Shown: in pieces, positions 14,974-23,228 of the stretch
How the letters are laid out: every line of letters begins with the position of its first letter
Numbering within the stretch: the stretch's first letter is position 1
Source: a virus
Length of the DNA stretch: 64,000 nucleotides
Virus record (IMG/VR): IMGVR_UViG_3300030333_007705
Span: 10,016-74,015 of that record
Strand: one strand, 5' to 3'
Translations under genes and position numbers: made by a program
Notes under the pieces: model-generated
Told to the model about the DNA's origin: nothing
What the model saw: only the letters and a program-made list of their open reading frames with translations
Databases searched by the model: none

Positions 14974-15155
14974 GGTGCTATGAACTTCTCCTTCTCCTCT
15001 GAAAAGGAATCAGGCAGTGAGACTGTCTCGCCGCGCACTTGCTCCAGCTTGCAACTGTCCTCGATGTCAGCAATCATATTGTCAACGTCTTCAAGTGCGC
15101 GTGTGATCTTGTCTTTGACGCTGCGAAGCTGTTTCAGTTTTTGTTCGTCTGTCAT
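14970..15155 (-). CDS. Small coiled-coil protein
   Basis: GGAGACGAC leader; promoter at 15173-15200. Confidence 0.7.
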   Translation of the reverse strand: MTDEQKLKQLRSVKDKITRALEDVDNMIADIEDSCKLEQVRGETVSLPDSFSEEKEKFIAP

Positions 15156-15203
15156 TGTCGTCTCCTGCGTGTAACATAGGCACGCTCCGTCGCGAGTAAA
15201 AAA

Positions 15204-15386
15204 CTATGCGGGCGACACGACAAAAAAACTTTTCGCCGCTTTCCACTCTTCAGGATCATCTGCCGTCACGATGAACGGACCCTTCGCATGACCTAGACTC
15301 TTTGTCACCTGAACCACCAGCTTTGATGGCAGGATGTTAGCATGGTTTTGATAAGCCTTGCTCATCACCAAGTCTCCAACTTTCAT
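15204..15386 (-). CDS. SH3/KOW-like small protein
   Basis: MKVGDLV. Confidence 0.75.
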   Translation of the reverse strand: MKVGDLVMSKAYQNHANILPSKLVVQVTKSLGHAKGPFIVTADDPEEWKAAKSFFVVSPA

Positions 15387-15646
15387 TTGACTACCTCCAA
15401 GAAGTCACCGTAGTGCGAAAGCGAATCACCGCGCACTGTATTGAGATTAAAGATACCGCCCCAACCATAACCATCCTCTTCTGGTCCTGTGATTACAATC
15501 GCCAACTGACCGTCCAGATTTTCATCAAAGTTGTCATTACCGGGCGGGCGAAGCTCCTTACCGAATCCGCGACGGGGTGGTGCATGTACGAAGCGGACCA
15601 ATGTGCCAGCCGGAATGTCTTTAGGGGAGTTGCGCCAGTTCTTCAT
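15383..15646 (-). CDS. SH3/KOW-like small protein (leaderless)
   Basis: PAGTLV...FLEVVK; ATG 6 nt after -10. Confidence 0.75.
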   Translation of the reverse strand: MKNWRNSPKDIPAGTLVRFVHAPPRRGFGKELRPPGNDNFDENLDGQLAIVITGPEEDGYGWGGIFNLNTVRGDSLSHYGDFLEVVK

Positions 15647-15682
15647 GCTTAAACCGTAGGAACAAAATCTAGCGAGTAAAGA

Positions 15683-15889
15683 CTATTTTACGTGTTTGAG
15701 ATCGCGGCGCACTTGGAACATCGGTTTGTCATGTCCAGACCAATGCACAGTGACATGGGTGCCTGGATGGCGTGGGACACTACTCAAGTTCTCGATGTCT
15801 GTCACCAAGCCTACCGCGCCACGAGCGGCAAAGTTGCACGTCAGCTTCTTGCCGTAAGCAGAAAGCTCAACTAAATCACCGACTTTCAC
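15683..15889 (-). CDS. SH3/KOW-like array protein
   Basis: GTG start MKVGDLV; 14-nt overlap. Confidence 0.78.
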   Translation of the reverse strand: MKVGDLVELSAYGKKLTCNFAARGAVGLVTDIENLSSVPRHPGTHVTVHWSGHDKPMFQVRRDLKHVK

Positions 15890-16064
15890 TGACAAGCTCC
15901 AGTTCCATTTCGTTCCACCAAGTCCTATCTGCTCCCGGCCAATCGACCTCGTAGTAGACTATGCCGTAGTCGTCTTCATACATATCAATGACTATTCCAT
16001 AGCCGTAGTCAACGCCAAGCATCGAAGCATCATTCTTTGGCAGAACAACATCACCGACGTTCAT
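15876..16064 (-). CDS. SH3/KOW-like array protein
   Basis: MNVGDVV...ELVSESR. Confidence 0.78.
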   Translation of the reverse strand: MNVGDVVLPKNDASMLGVDYGYGIVIDMYEDDYGIVYYEVDWPGADRTWWNEMELELVSESR

Positions 16065-16281
16065 TGTCCCCACCAAGATGGATCACCACCTGCTTCGATG
16101 AGTCGTCGAGATCAAAGGCGCTGTGCCAGCCAGACTGCTCTGGGTGCAGAAACCACTTGATGTAATATGGCTCCGGCTGGCTTCCGTGCGCGTTACTGTG
16201 GTCTACCTCAGAGACGATACCAATGTCGCCGTCAAGAATATATAGAACGTGGTCGCCTACTTTGAAGTCTGATTGCATCAT
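16051..16281 (-). CDS. SH3/KOW-like array protein
   Basis: FKVGDHV...IGIV...YIKW. Confidence 0.75.
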   Translation of the reverse strand: MMQSDFKVGDHVLYILDGDIGIVSEVDHSNAHGSQPEPYYIKWFLHPEQSGWHSAFDLDDSSKQVVIHLGGDNERR

Positions 16282-16649
16282 GGGTCCATGAGTTCTGAGA
16301 GGTTGTCTCGCCAACCGATGGCCTCGTCAACGTAGTCTCCATAAGTATCTCGCCACTTGATGCTGCCATCGAAGCACTTGATGTAGACATACTCTGGGCC
16401 TAGATCTTCCATTGAAGGATTCTGGAGTATACATGGATTGATGTAGTCATCCAGGTATTCTGTACCATGAGTCTTGATGATGCGGAAGCCTCCTCGCGGG
16501 GCAGCGAGCAAAATGTGAGTCAACAAAACGTCGTTGTCGATTGCTGCCAATGTCGGGAACATATGGCTAGGGTAGCCATCATAATGACAGTATGTGCCAA
16601 CATATGTCCCAGGCTCAGTCTCAACATAAACATTAGAGCGCGTGCCCAT
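16278..16649 (-). CDS. Phage hypothetical protein (MGTRS...YCHYDGYP family)
   Basis: SD GGAGG; motif YCHYDGYP. Confidence 0.75.
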   Translation of the reverse strand: MGTRSNVYVETEPGTYVGTYCHYDGYPSHMFPTLAAIDNDVLLTHILLAAPRGGFRIIKTHGTEYLDDYINPCILQNPSMEDLGPEYVYIKCFDGSIKWRDTYGDYVDEAIGWRDNLSELMDP

Positions 16650-16650
16650 T

Positions 16651-16944
16651 TTATGCCTCCAAGTAGACGATGCCCGCTGGTAGCTCACCAGACACTACGC
16701 CACCGTGCTTTGCAATCACATCCAACACGGTCTGCGAGGGCACCCAACCATAGACAGTCTCAGTCAGGTTTTCCGGGTTCTCTGCGTACCTCTCCAAGAG
16801 GGGCTCAGGCTTGTTTGGGAAGCCAACCTCGACCTCATCATATGAGGCCGCGTTGTCAGACCTTGGGCTGCAATATGCGTTGCTGTTAGCTTGCACGCTC
16901 ATGCTGAATCCGTCAGCGCACTTGATTCTTTTATTCTTGCTCAT
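16651..16944 (-). CDS. Phage hypothetical protein (CADGFSMSVQA...EVGFP family)
   Basis: 14-nt overlap with the upstream SH3-like gene. Confidence 0.75.
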   Translation of the reverse strand: MSKNKRIKCADGFSMSVQANSNAYCSPRSDNAASYDEVEVGFPNKPEPLLERYAENPENLTETVYGWVPSQTVLDVIAKHGGVVSGELPAGIVYLEA

Positions 16945-17128
16945 CTACAATCTCCAGCCATGCCTTGCTGTTCCATGAATAATCAGGGCAACCCGGCGGT
17001 GGGTTAATCCAATGTACCTTGTAGTCACAACCGTTCATTGGTTGGTTGCGAATGTTCACTTCTACTATAATCCCCAAACCGCTCCGGTCAAGGGCATGTG
17101 TATTATTTACTAAATCACCGACTTTCAT
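16931..17128 (-). CDS. SH3/KOW-like array protein
   Basis: MKVGDLV...LEIV. Confidence 0.78.
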   Translation of the reverse strand: MKVGDLVNNTHALDRSGLGIIVEVNIRNQPMNGCDYKVHWINPPPGCPDYSWNSKAWLEIVDEQE

Positions 17129-17279
17129 GACTCTCCACCGCTGAGTAGTCGCAGTAAATCATGCTTTCCTCTTTGGGGAACTCGACCAACATCGTGCCTT
17201 GGTTCGCATAGAACCTAACAATCTTGCCCGCGCCATATTCCTCTCTGCCTTTCACTATGACGGTATCACCGATTTTCAT
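17115..17279 (-). CDS. SH3/KOW-like array protein (54 aa, not in ORF track)
   Basis: MKIGDTVIVKGREEYGAGKIVRF...SHESR. Confidence 0.75.
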   Translation of the reverse strand: MKIGDTVIVKGREEYGAGKIVRFYANQGTMLVEFPKEESMIYCDYSAVESHESR

Positions 17280-17526
17280 TTATCTTCTCTTCTTTCTGCT
17301 TGCGAGTCAGGCGCTTGAACTTGTTCTCGGCCCGCATGGCCGAGGAACGACTAGGGTGAGGCTCCAGCAAAACAATCCTCGTGGGCCTTCTTCTTCTAGT
17401 GTATTTTGCACCACGTTTGGTGTGGTTGTGTTCGTACAACCTTCTCTCCGTGTTCGTCGTTACACCAGCATAGTAAGAACCATCAGCGCACAGTAAAACA
17501 TAAAACCACCAGAGATCAACTTTCAC
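17266..17526 (-). CDS. GIY-YIG nuclease (UPF0213/YhbQ-like)
   Basis: FYVLLCADGSYYAGVTTNTERRLYEHN...GAKYT...AMRAE. Confidence 0.88.
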   Translation of the reverse strand: MKVDLWWFYVLLCADGSYYAGVTTNTERRLYEHNHTKRGAKYTRRRRPTRIVLLEPHPSRSSAMRAENKFKRLTRKQKEEKINENR

Positions 17527-17728
17527 TTATTATTTCAACGTCTTCAAAGCCAAGATAAACTTGGGTGCCTTCAAAATCCACAGTCACGACCCTGTTGATG
17601 GCCGCTGCGACAACGACACCAATCTTGTCCTCATAGCCAATGCCGCGTCGTGTCTTCCTGCTCGAAAGTCTAACCAGATCACCGGGCTTCGGCTGAGTTG
17701 ACGATTTTGATTTCTGAATATCTCGCAC
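17516..17728 (-). CDS. SH3/KOW-like array protein (canonical start codon mutated)
   Basis: KPGDLV...EIISES; CCG at the expected GTG position 17692. Confidence 0.6.
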   Translation of the reverse strand: MRDIQKSKSSTQPKPGDLVRLSSRKTRRGIGYEDKIGVVVAAAINRVVTVDFEGTQVYLGFEDVEIISES

Positions 17729-17867
17729 TTCTCTTTACCCCGTTTCTCAAATCCAGCAGCCTATACATTTGCTCACCAAAGGGCACTCCTTCTCTCGGCA
17801 GCTTTTCTAGAACAATATAGTAACGCCTTGTCTCATATAAAACAGAAACTAAATCACCCGGCTTCAC
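17679..17867 (-). CDS. SH3/KOW-like array protein
   Basis: GTG start MKPGDLV. Confidence 0.78.
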   Translation of the reverse strand: MKPGDLVSVLYETRRYYIVLEKLPREGVPFGEQMYRLLDLRNGVKRSARYSEIKIVNSAEAR

Positions 17868-18063
17868 TGAGAACCTCGACCCAGCCACTTGTGATAGCGC
17901 TCAGGTCCATTGGCATCGCTTCTCCGTTATTGGAGGGCCACAAGACAAGCTGGGTGCGCGACGGGCTATGAATGAGGGCACGCTCTACTAATGCGCCGAC
18001 GATGATGCCAACGTCACCCTGGTCTACATCACGCACTAAGCTGCCAATCGGAATCGAGGTCAT
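17854..18063 (-). CDS. SH3/KOW-like array protein
   Basis: PIGSLV...EVLSEAG. Confidence 0.75.
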   Translation of the reverse strand: MTSIPIGSLVRDVDQGDVGIIVGALVERALIHSPSRTQLVLWPSNNGEAMPMDLSAITSGWVEVLSEAG

Positions 18064-18235
18064 CGTGTTTCATCTCCTCAAGGCTTGCCTCTGCATAGGT
18101 GCCCTGCGTTCCTGACTCGTCGTCGAGCCATAAAATCCTGTAGTTGTTGTCGCCAAGTGAGCTTGTTACTACACCTAATGTAGACTCCAAAACTTGACCG
18201 TCAATCTTCATGTGAACCAAATCACCAGTAATCAT
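18029..18235 (-). CDS. SH3/KOW-like array protein
   Basis: MITGDLV. Confidence 0.75.
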   Translation of the reverse strand: MITGDLVHMKIDGQVLESTLGVVTSSLGDNNYRILWLDDESGTQGTYAEASLEEMKHDDLDSDWQLSA

Positions 18236-18429
18236 TTTCCCACGTCCTTCGCCATGTTGGCGCTTGAAATATACATGTAGCCGCCCTTGTTGTAGGCTGG
18301 CGCAGTGCATTTTGCCTTGAATAGAATCTGTCTTGTCGCGATGGCGTCACCGCACTCCAAGCAGGTGTTGTAGCCGAGCGCCTTGCGGCGGTCAGAATAC
18401 TCATCGTCACACTTAATACAAATAGCCAC
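18232..18429 (-). CDS. C4 zinc-finger protein (TraR/DksA zinc-finger-like)
   Basis: CIKC...RRKAL...CLEC; GGAGACGAC-GTG leader. Confidence 0.7.
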   Translation of the reverse strand: MAICIKCDDEYSDRRKALGYNTCLECGDAIATRQILFKAKCTAPAYNKGGYMYISSANMAKDVGK

Positions 18430-18448
18430 GTCGTCTCCATTGTAAAGG

Positions 18449-19003
18449 CTAGAAAGTAAGTTGTAGTTGCCGACCCTGCGGGTTGGTCTGTTCTTCCTTA
18501 ACTATAGGCACCGTCATAACAAAGTCAAGCATGTCAATGTGCTTAACTCCTCTTTCGCCTGTGTCGTCTTCATAAGAGACATAGGCTGTACGATCGCCGC
18601 CCCATGCTATGGTCCTTGAGCCGTCTGCGCTTAGGGCCTGAACAACCTCAAAGAGTTCACGCTCATACATCGTGTACATCGTTTCGCCATCGTCGTCTTT
18701 GTGCCAAAACTCTTCTCCTAGCACGGCGAAAAAGTGCTCAGTCAAGTCGCGACCGTCAACCTCTTCTTCCCAATAGCAAGTCTCGCTGTATGCTTCCAGA
18801 TTGCCGTTGTCGGTGTCAACGTAGAACTCAACCCAACCTTCGGGAACAGGTCGGTGCAGTTGACTTGGCTCATGCTTTCGCCAGTAGAGATAAAACCCTT
18901 CGTGGTCATAGCTGAGAAACTTGTCGCAAAAGTGTTCAATAACTTTTTCTGCTATCTCAGGCCCACACTTGGGCTTGAAGCAATAGCTTGCTAAACTTGG
19001 CAT
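18449..19003 (-). CDS. Hypothetical acidic protein
   Basis: GGAGGACGAC-ATG leader; promoter at 19021-19048. Confidence 0.75.
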   Translation of the reverse strand: MPSLASYCFKPKCGPEIAEKVIEHFCDKFLSYDHEGFYLYWRKHEPSQLHRPVPEGWVEFYVDTDNGNLEAYSETCYWEEEVDGRDLTEHFFAVLGEEFWHKDDDGETMYTMYERELFEVVQALSADGSRTIAWGGDRTAYVSYEDDTGERGVKHIDMLDFVMTVPIVKEEQTNPQGRQLQLTF

Positions 19004-19055
19004 GTCGTCCTCCTGCCTAAAGTATAGTTACGTGTGTGTACGAGTAAAATATTTT

Positions 19056-19265
19056 TTACCCAGAAACCTCGAACTCAGTGTCATCTAAGAGTAAAATCCT
19101 ATCACCACACAAGACTCGATAAACATCTCCAGGCCAAAGATCCGCTTCCGATGGGAGTTCCTCGGAATGAAGCCCAACGATGAGTCCGTGGGTACACTTA
19201 CCAAGAGCCAACTCTTCAGGGTCGTGCAGCTTGACTAGGGTGCCGATAGTGAACTTTGCAGCCAT
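19056..19265 (-). CDS. SH3/KOW-like small protein
   Basis: FTIGTLV...FEVSG. Confidence 0.7.
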   Translation of the reverse strand: MAAKFTIGTLVKLHDPEELALGKCTHGLIVGLHSEELPSEADLWPGDVYRVLCGDRILLLDDTEFEVSG

Positions 19266-19474
19266 ATTCCTGAATCTAGTTTATCGTCGCTGAGAATGGT
19301 GTCAACGCTTTCACTTGTTACACTTAGTTTGTCATCTGGCCACACAACAGTGACAGCCAAATACTCGCCTTCCATCGTGCTTGGTCGGTACATAAAAGGC
19401 TCGTCAGATGTTACCAATCCCCATTCAGTTTCGCCGTCCAGATTGACATAGCCGATCAAATCGCCTTTGTTCAT
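19235..19474 (-). CDS. SH3/KOW-like small protein
   Basis: MNKGDLI...WGLV. Confidence 0.7.
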   Translation of the reverse strand: MNKGDLIGYVNLDGETEWGLVTSDEPFMYRPSTMEGEYLAVTVVWPDDKLSVTSESVDTILSDDKLDSGIWLQSSLSAP

Positions 19475-19564
19475 ATTAAAAACCCACCCTATCCCGCCGC
19501 GTTCATTCACGGCCCAACCAGTACCTACACTATAGGGACGACAATCTACAGTGTAAAGGTAGTT

Positions 19565-20347
19565 CTACCTCTGATCAACAATGTTGTTGATGACCCACTT
19601 CTCCACCTTCTTCTCATCAAGAACCTCTGGTGTGACCAGACAATCCTCGCTGAGGTCACAACGAGACAGCAGCGTGCAAGTGCTATTGCTCGGCTGCCGA
19701 TACCACTCGTCTTGAGGAATGTCATCGATGTTCAGGAACTCTGGCGGCATGTAACAACTGCCGTTAGTGTAGCTTCGGTCAGACCAAGAGTCTTTCTTGG
19801 GTACGACATACTGAAACTTGATGGCTCCTGAAATGCCGTAGAAGTATTGATCTCTAGTGATTGCATGACTGGGCGCAACAACCCCCAGGTCCACCGACTG
19901 AATGACAGCCATGATGTGCTTACCGTCCCCTTCTTGTCCGACACTGACAAGAGCACCGGGGCCGAAGCCAGCATCCAACATGCGAGAGATTACTTTCTTC
20001 CGAATGTCAAGCGTCTTCGCCAGTTGCTCTGCCGTCTGGCGCTTACGCTCAGGGCAGGTGCGTCGGGTGTGGCCCACGTCGCCGCAGAAACCACACTTGC
20101 GGTTCTGGCCGCGAGTTTCCATCTTGTGGAGTGCCTCTTTGGCGTTACGAAGGTAGCGCTCAGTGTTAGTTTTCTCCCACTCTCTGGAGAACTTGTCTTC
20201 TGCCAACTCTTTCGTGTAGCGTTCGATGTTCTCTTTAAGGTCTACCTTTCGCTTGGGGCAGGCGCTCTTGTTGTGGCCCTTCTCGTAGCAGTATCCGCAG
20301 CGCACCGTGCGCTTGTAGTTTCCGTTCTCGTCAGTAATGTATGCCAT
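19565..20347 (-). CDS. Double CCHC zinc-knuckle protein
   Basis: CGYCYEKGHNKSAC and CGFCGDVGHTRRTC. Confidence 0.8.
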   Translation of the reverse strand: MAYITDENGNYKRTVRCGYCYEKGHNKSACPKRKVDLKENIERYTKELAEDKFSREWEKTNTERYLRNAKEALHKMETRGQNRKCGFCGDVGHTRRTCPERKRQTAEQLAKTLDIRKKVISRMLDAGFGPGALVSVGQEGDGKHIMAVIQSVDLGVVAPSHAITRDQYFYGISGAIKFQYVVPKKDSWSDRSYTNGSCYMPPEFLNIDDIPQDEWYRQPSNSTCTLLSRCDLSEDCLVTPEVLDEKKVEKWVINNIVDQR

Positions 20348-20395
20348 TGGGTCGTCCTCCTGTGGCTTTCGGGTACATCTAAACTATAGTCACGC

Positions 20396-20737
20396 TCATT
20401 CGGCTGTAAACAGTTTAATGTATTTTGTGTGCTCTTTGTAAATATAGATGCGCTGGCCGTCAGGTCTAGCGAAAAGGTGCGCGTCATCATATTGGACCGA
20501 ATCTCCATTCATGCCACCATAAGCCTTCTTCAGTCCCAAATAGATTAGTGGCCCGGTGGACAATGCTCGCTTCATAAAATCGTCCGAGCGATAACCTCTT
20601 TCATAATCTTGCTTGCTCATTCGGTGCAACGCCACCCTGACCGCTTTTTCTTTTGCCATAGGCGCTGCTACAACATATACTCTAGGGTCTGAGCTTATGG
20701 TGTAGATCTCTGATTTCTTTAGCTTTCTAGTTCTCAT
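20396..20737 (-). CDS. Hypothetical protein
   Basis: 113-aa coupled ORF. Confidence 0.65.
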   Translation of the reverse strand: MRTRKLKKSEIYTISSDPRVYVVAAPMAKEKAVRVALHRMSKQDYERGYRSDDFMKRALSTGPLIYLGLKKAYGGMNGDSVQYDDAHLFARPDGQRIYIYKEHTKYIKLFTAE

Positions 20738-20921
20738 TCAGGGTTCCGATATTCCATCGGGCTATGTACCTGTATTCGCCCTCAACTAAAATCCTGGCGT
20801 ATGAGCCTCCGTCTAACATCTCGATAATCAAGAACGGAGTCCTGTCACGATAAAGCCGCACGAGCCAAGGACTGTCTCCAGTTGATGTGCTGTTCACGTA
20901 TGCAAGTGTGCCTGCCTTCAT
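20727..20921 (-). CDS. SH3/KOW-like small protein (leaderless)
   Basis: MKAGTLA; ATG 6 nt after -10 TATAAT. Confidence 0.7.
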   Translation of the reverse strand: MKAGTLAYVNSTSTGDSPWLVRLYRDRTPFLIIEMLDGGSYARILVEGEYRYIARWNIGTLNEN

Positions 20922-21004
20922 GTAGACATTATAATCACTTGCGCGTGTCAGTAAAGAACTTGCGTGACCGCGAGCACAAAACTATGGCGTATGCCAGCAT
21001 AAAA

Positions 21005-21415
21005 CTATCCATTATCTTTAACCTCATCCATCGCTTCAAGCGTTTTCTGTAGAACCTGCAAGGCTATATTATCCTCAGAGGTTTTCTCCACCATGTCTTG
21101 CACGGCCTCGATGGCCTCGCCCACAGCTTCCATGTTTTCTTTCATCTTGTCGATTACTCGATCCAAAACTTCAAACTGCCCATCACTCGCCTGGGCACGT
21201 AGGACCATAAAATCTTGTGTGTTCATGCTGCTGCCCGCAGCATAAAAACCCTCGACTGCTTTATCTTTCTGCTCCTGCGTAAGCTCGTCCGACTTGTTTT
21301 GATTTTGCTTTTGCTCGACGTTTGTCTCGCTCAAGTTATCTTGAGTCGAAGAGCTAGGGTCCATAGCCCTTACTGCCTGCGAGTTGAGGCTTGGGCCAAT
21401 ACTTTCAATGCTCAT
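21005..21415 (-). CDS. Hypothetical helical protein under a late motif
   Basis: SD GAGG before ATG 21415 (alternative start 21466); CTATTTA at 21474-21480. Confidence 0.7.
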   Translation of the reverse strand: MSIESIGPSLNSQAVRAMDPSSSTQDNLSETNVEQKQNQNKSDELTQEQKDKAVEGFYAAGSSMNTQDFMVLRAQASDGQFEVLDRVIDKMKENMEAVGEAIEAVQDMVEKTSEDNIALQVLQKTLEAMDEVKDNG

Positions 21416-21491
21416 TCTTTCCTCGAAACTATCTTTATCTCTGTATCCTGTTAGTGGTAGGTACATTGTAAAATAAATAGCTCCGAAAAAG

Positions 21492-21725
21492 TTATTTAGA
21501 ATGTCGCATGTAAAACTTTCGATCGTGCGCGGCGTATGATGCCCTAAGATATGCAGTCACCTGCTCTTTTGTGACGATAAAACTTTGAGCCTCCATCGCC
21601 TCCATGATGTCCTTTATAATATCTTTCGGCGGATCATAATACTTGCCTTGAGACTTTAGAAGTTTCTTGTAGCCTTTGACACGATCGGCCTTATACTTGG
21701 AAAATATTTGCTTGTTGCCTTTCAT
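21492..21725 (-). CDS. Basic hypothetical protein
   Basis: Coupled ORF. Confidence 0.6.
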   Translation of the reverse strand: MKGNKQIFSKYKADRVKGYKKLLKSQGKYYDPPKDIIKDIMEAMEAQSFIVTKEQVTAYLRASYAAHDRKFYMRHSK

Positions 21726-22011
21726 CTTCCACCGTGCTTCTTTGTTTGCCTTCGGCAAAGCTGATACATTCACAGAGGGCAGTTAGCTCTCGCTTTGTAT
21801 CGACAACTTTCAGTTCGTCATTACGATATTCGTAACGAGTCAAATCCTTTTTGCGAAGGTCACGCAGAGTTGTCATGGCGCGCTCGTAAGGCTCGTCACT
21901 AAACCACTTGACCTTCCAGAAGGCCCAGCCACCTCTCATCTTCTTTTCAGTTGTAACACCAAAGCGCCTAATGCCTTGATACTCCTGAAAAACTACATCA
22001 TTGATTTTCAT
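21691..22011 (-). CDS. SH3-like hypothetical protein
   Basis: MKINDVV...FGV...KVKW; 14-nt overlap. Confidence 0.65.
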   Translation of the reverse strand: MKINDVVFQEYQGIRRFGVTTEKKMRGGWAFWKVKWFSDEPYERAMTTLRDLRKKDLTRYEYRNDELKVVDTKRELTALCECISFAEGKQRSTVEDERQQANIFQV

Positions 22012-22570
22012 TTTCCTTTCCTTGGCCAGACTCAACATCGTCTGGATTGAACTTTTCTACTTCAATCGGCTCAAACCAAACCACTATGTCCATGTTTCCC
22101 GTTCGGTAAAACGCGCCTCGATATTGAGACTCGCCCGGTTCAATAAGTAGCTTTGGTGGTGCGCCATATTTTGATTGTCGGGGCACACCAGCGAGGCTTC
22201 GCAATATTGCGTCCACATCTGGCGTCACCCTCCCAGGCACTACTGACTTTTTTATAAGACCAAGGGGGTCTTGCGCCAAATCATATATCTGATTTGTCGG
22301 CACAAAAACACTGAAGAGTGACGAGCCTTCTTTGACCATCCTTTCGGCGTGGTCGAGATTTGTGTAGAAAAAAACTCTCGGCAAATCAGATGCCTCGTAA
22401 TCTCTCCTACTATAGCTGTGGCGGTGCTGTAAAAAATAATCAGGATCCAAAGTCAGCTTTTGCTCGCTCGACTTTGAATAGTGATATAGTCTTATTGCGC
22501 CGTTCACCTCATAATCGCTCAACGCCTCTGTGAGTAAAAAACTTCGCCAGTTCTCAAACAAGTATTTCAT
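21998..22570 (-). CDS. Putative head-packaged ADP-ribosyltransferase-fold protein
   Basis: N-terminus MKYLFENWRSFLLTE; LYHYS...RVFFYT...YRGAFY...IVVWF; late-like motif CTACTTA 6 nt upstream. Confidence 0.55.
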   Translation of the reverse strand: MKYLFENWRSFLLTEALSDYEVNGAIRLYHYSKSSEQKLTLDPDYFLQHRHSYSRRDYEASDLPRVFFYTNLDHAERMVKEGSSLFSVFVPTNQIYDLAQDPLGLIKKSVVPGRVTPDVDAILRSLAGVPRQSKYGAPPKLLIEPGESQYRGAFYRTGNMDIVVWFEPIEVEKFNPDDVESGQGKENENQ

Positions 22571-22599
22571 ATAAAGTAAGTAGTTCATATTACATGATT

Positions 22600-22676
22600 T
22601 GGCACGCCCGACTGGATTCGAACCAGTGACCTACGGCTTAGAAGGCCGTTGCTCTATCCAGCTGAGCTACGGGCGC
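22600..22676 (-). tRNA. tRNA-Arg(UCU)
   Basis: GCGCCCGTAGCTCAGCTGGATAGAGC...CTTCTAA...GGTTCGAATCC...CCA. Confidence 0.95.
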
Positions 22677-22681
22677 TCACC

Positions 22682-23056
22682 CTATTCGAAGCTCGTGCCA
22701 AACTTGCTAGTCTTGTGCCGTGAAACTTCATTCAGGCGTCTAGCCAGCGCAGCCAAGTGCTTGTAGTCAACTCGGTAAGCCGAATGACCAGCAGTTGCTT
22801 CGCCACTCAGCTTCTTCAACTCAACGCCCTTCTTGCGATATTTAGTCGCTCGCCCCCGAAGCTGCTTGAAGCCACTATTACGGCTTGAGTAAAACGTCTT
22901 CCCTGGGCGGTGGGCTTGCCGCTGCCAAGCATCCTCAATCTTGTCATACACCTCTGATAAAGATTCGCAAAGCTGCCAGGTGACAACAAAAGATTCTGAA
23001 TCTAGGCTAGCCTTCTCTCTCGATTGAAGGCGAAACTTGATATTTATATTAGACAT
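22682..23056 (-). CDS. Hypothetical basic protein
   Basis: SD AGGAGG; promoter at 23083-23110. Confidence 0.7.
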   Translation of the reverse strand: MSNINIKFRLQSREKASLDSESFVVTWQLCESLSEVYDKIEDAWQRQAHRPGKTFYSSRNSGFKQLRGRATKYRKKGVELKKLSGEATAGHSAYRVDYKHLAALARRLNEVSRHKTSKFGTSFE

Positions 23057-23228
23057 GCTTAATCCTCCTATGTCATACTAAGACTATAATAACAGTTCAA
23101 GTTAAGTTAAGTCTTTGTTTCAATAAAGCAACTAAAGCACCGCATATAGCACAAGTGCTATAACACCAGTAGCTACGCCAATGAGGGCGCCCTTGAAAAG
23201 TCCATCTCCACTAAATCTATCTGCGTAA

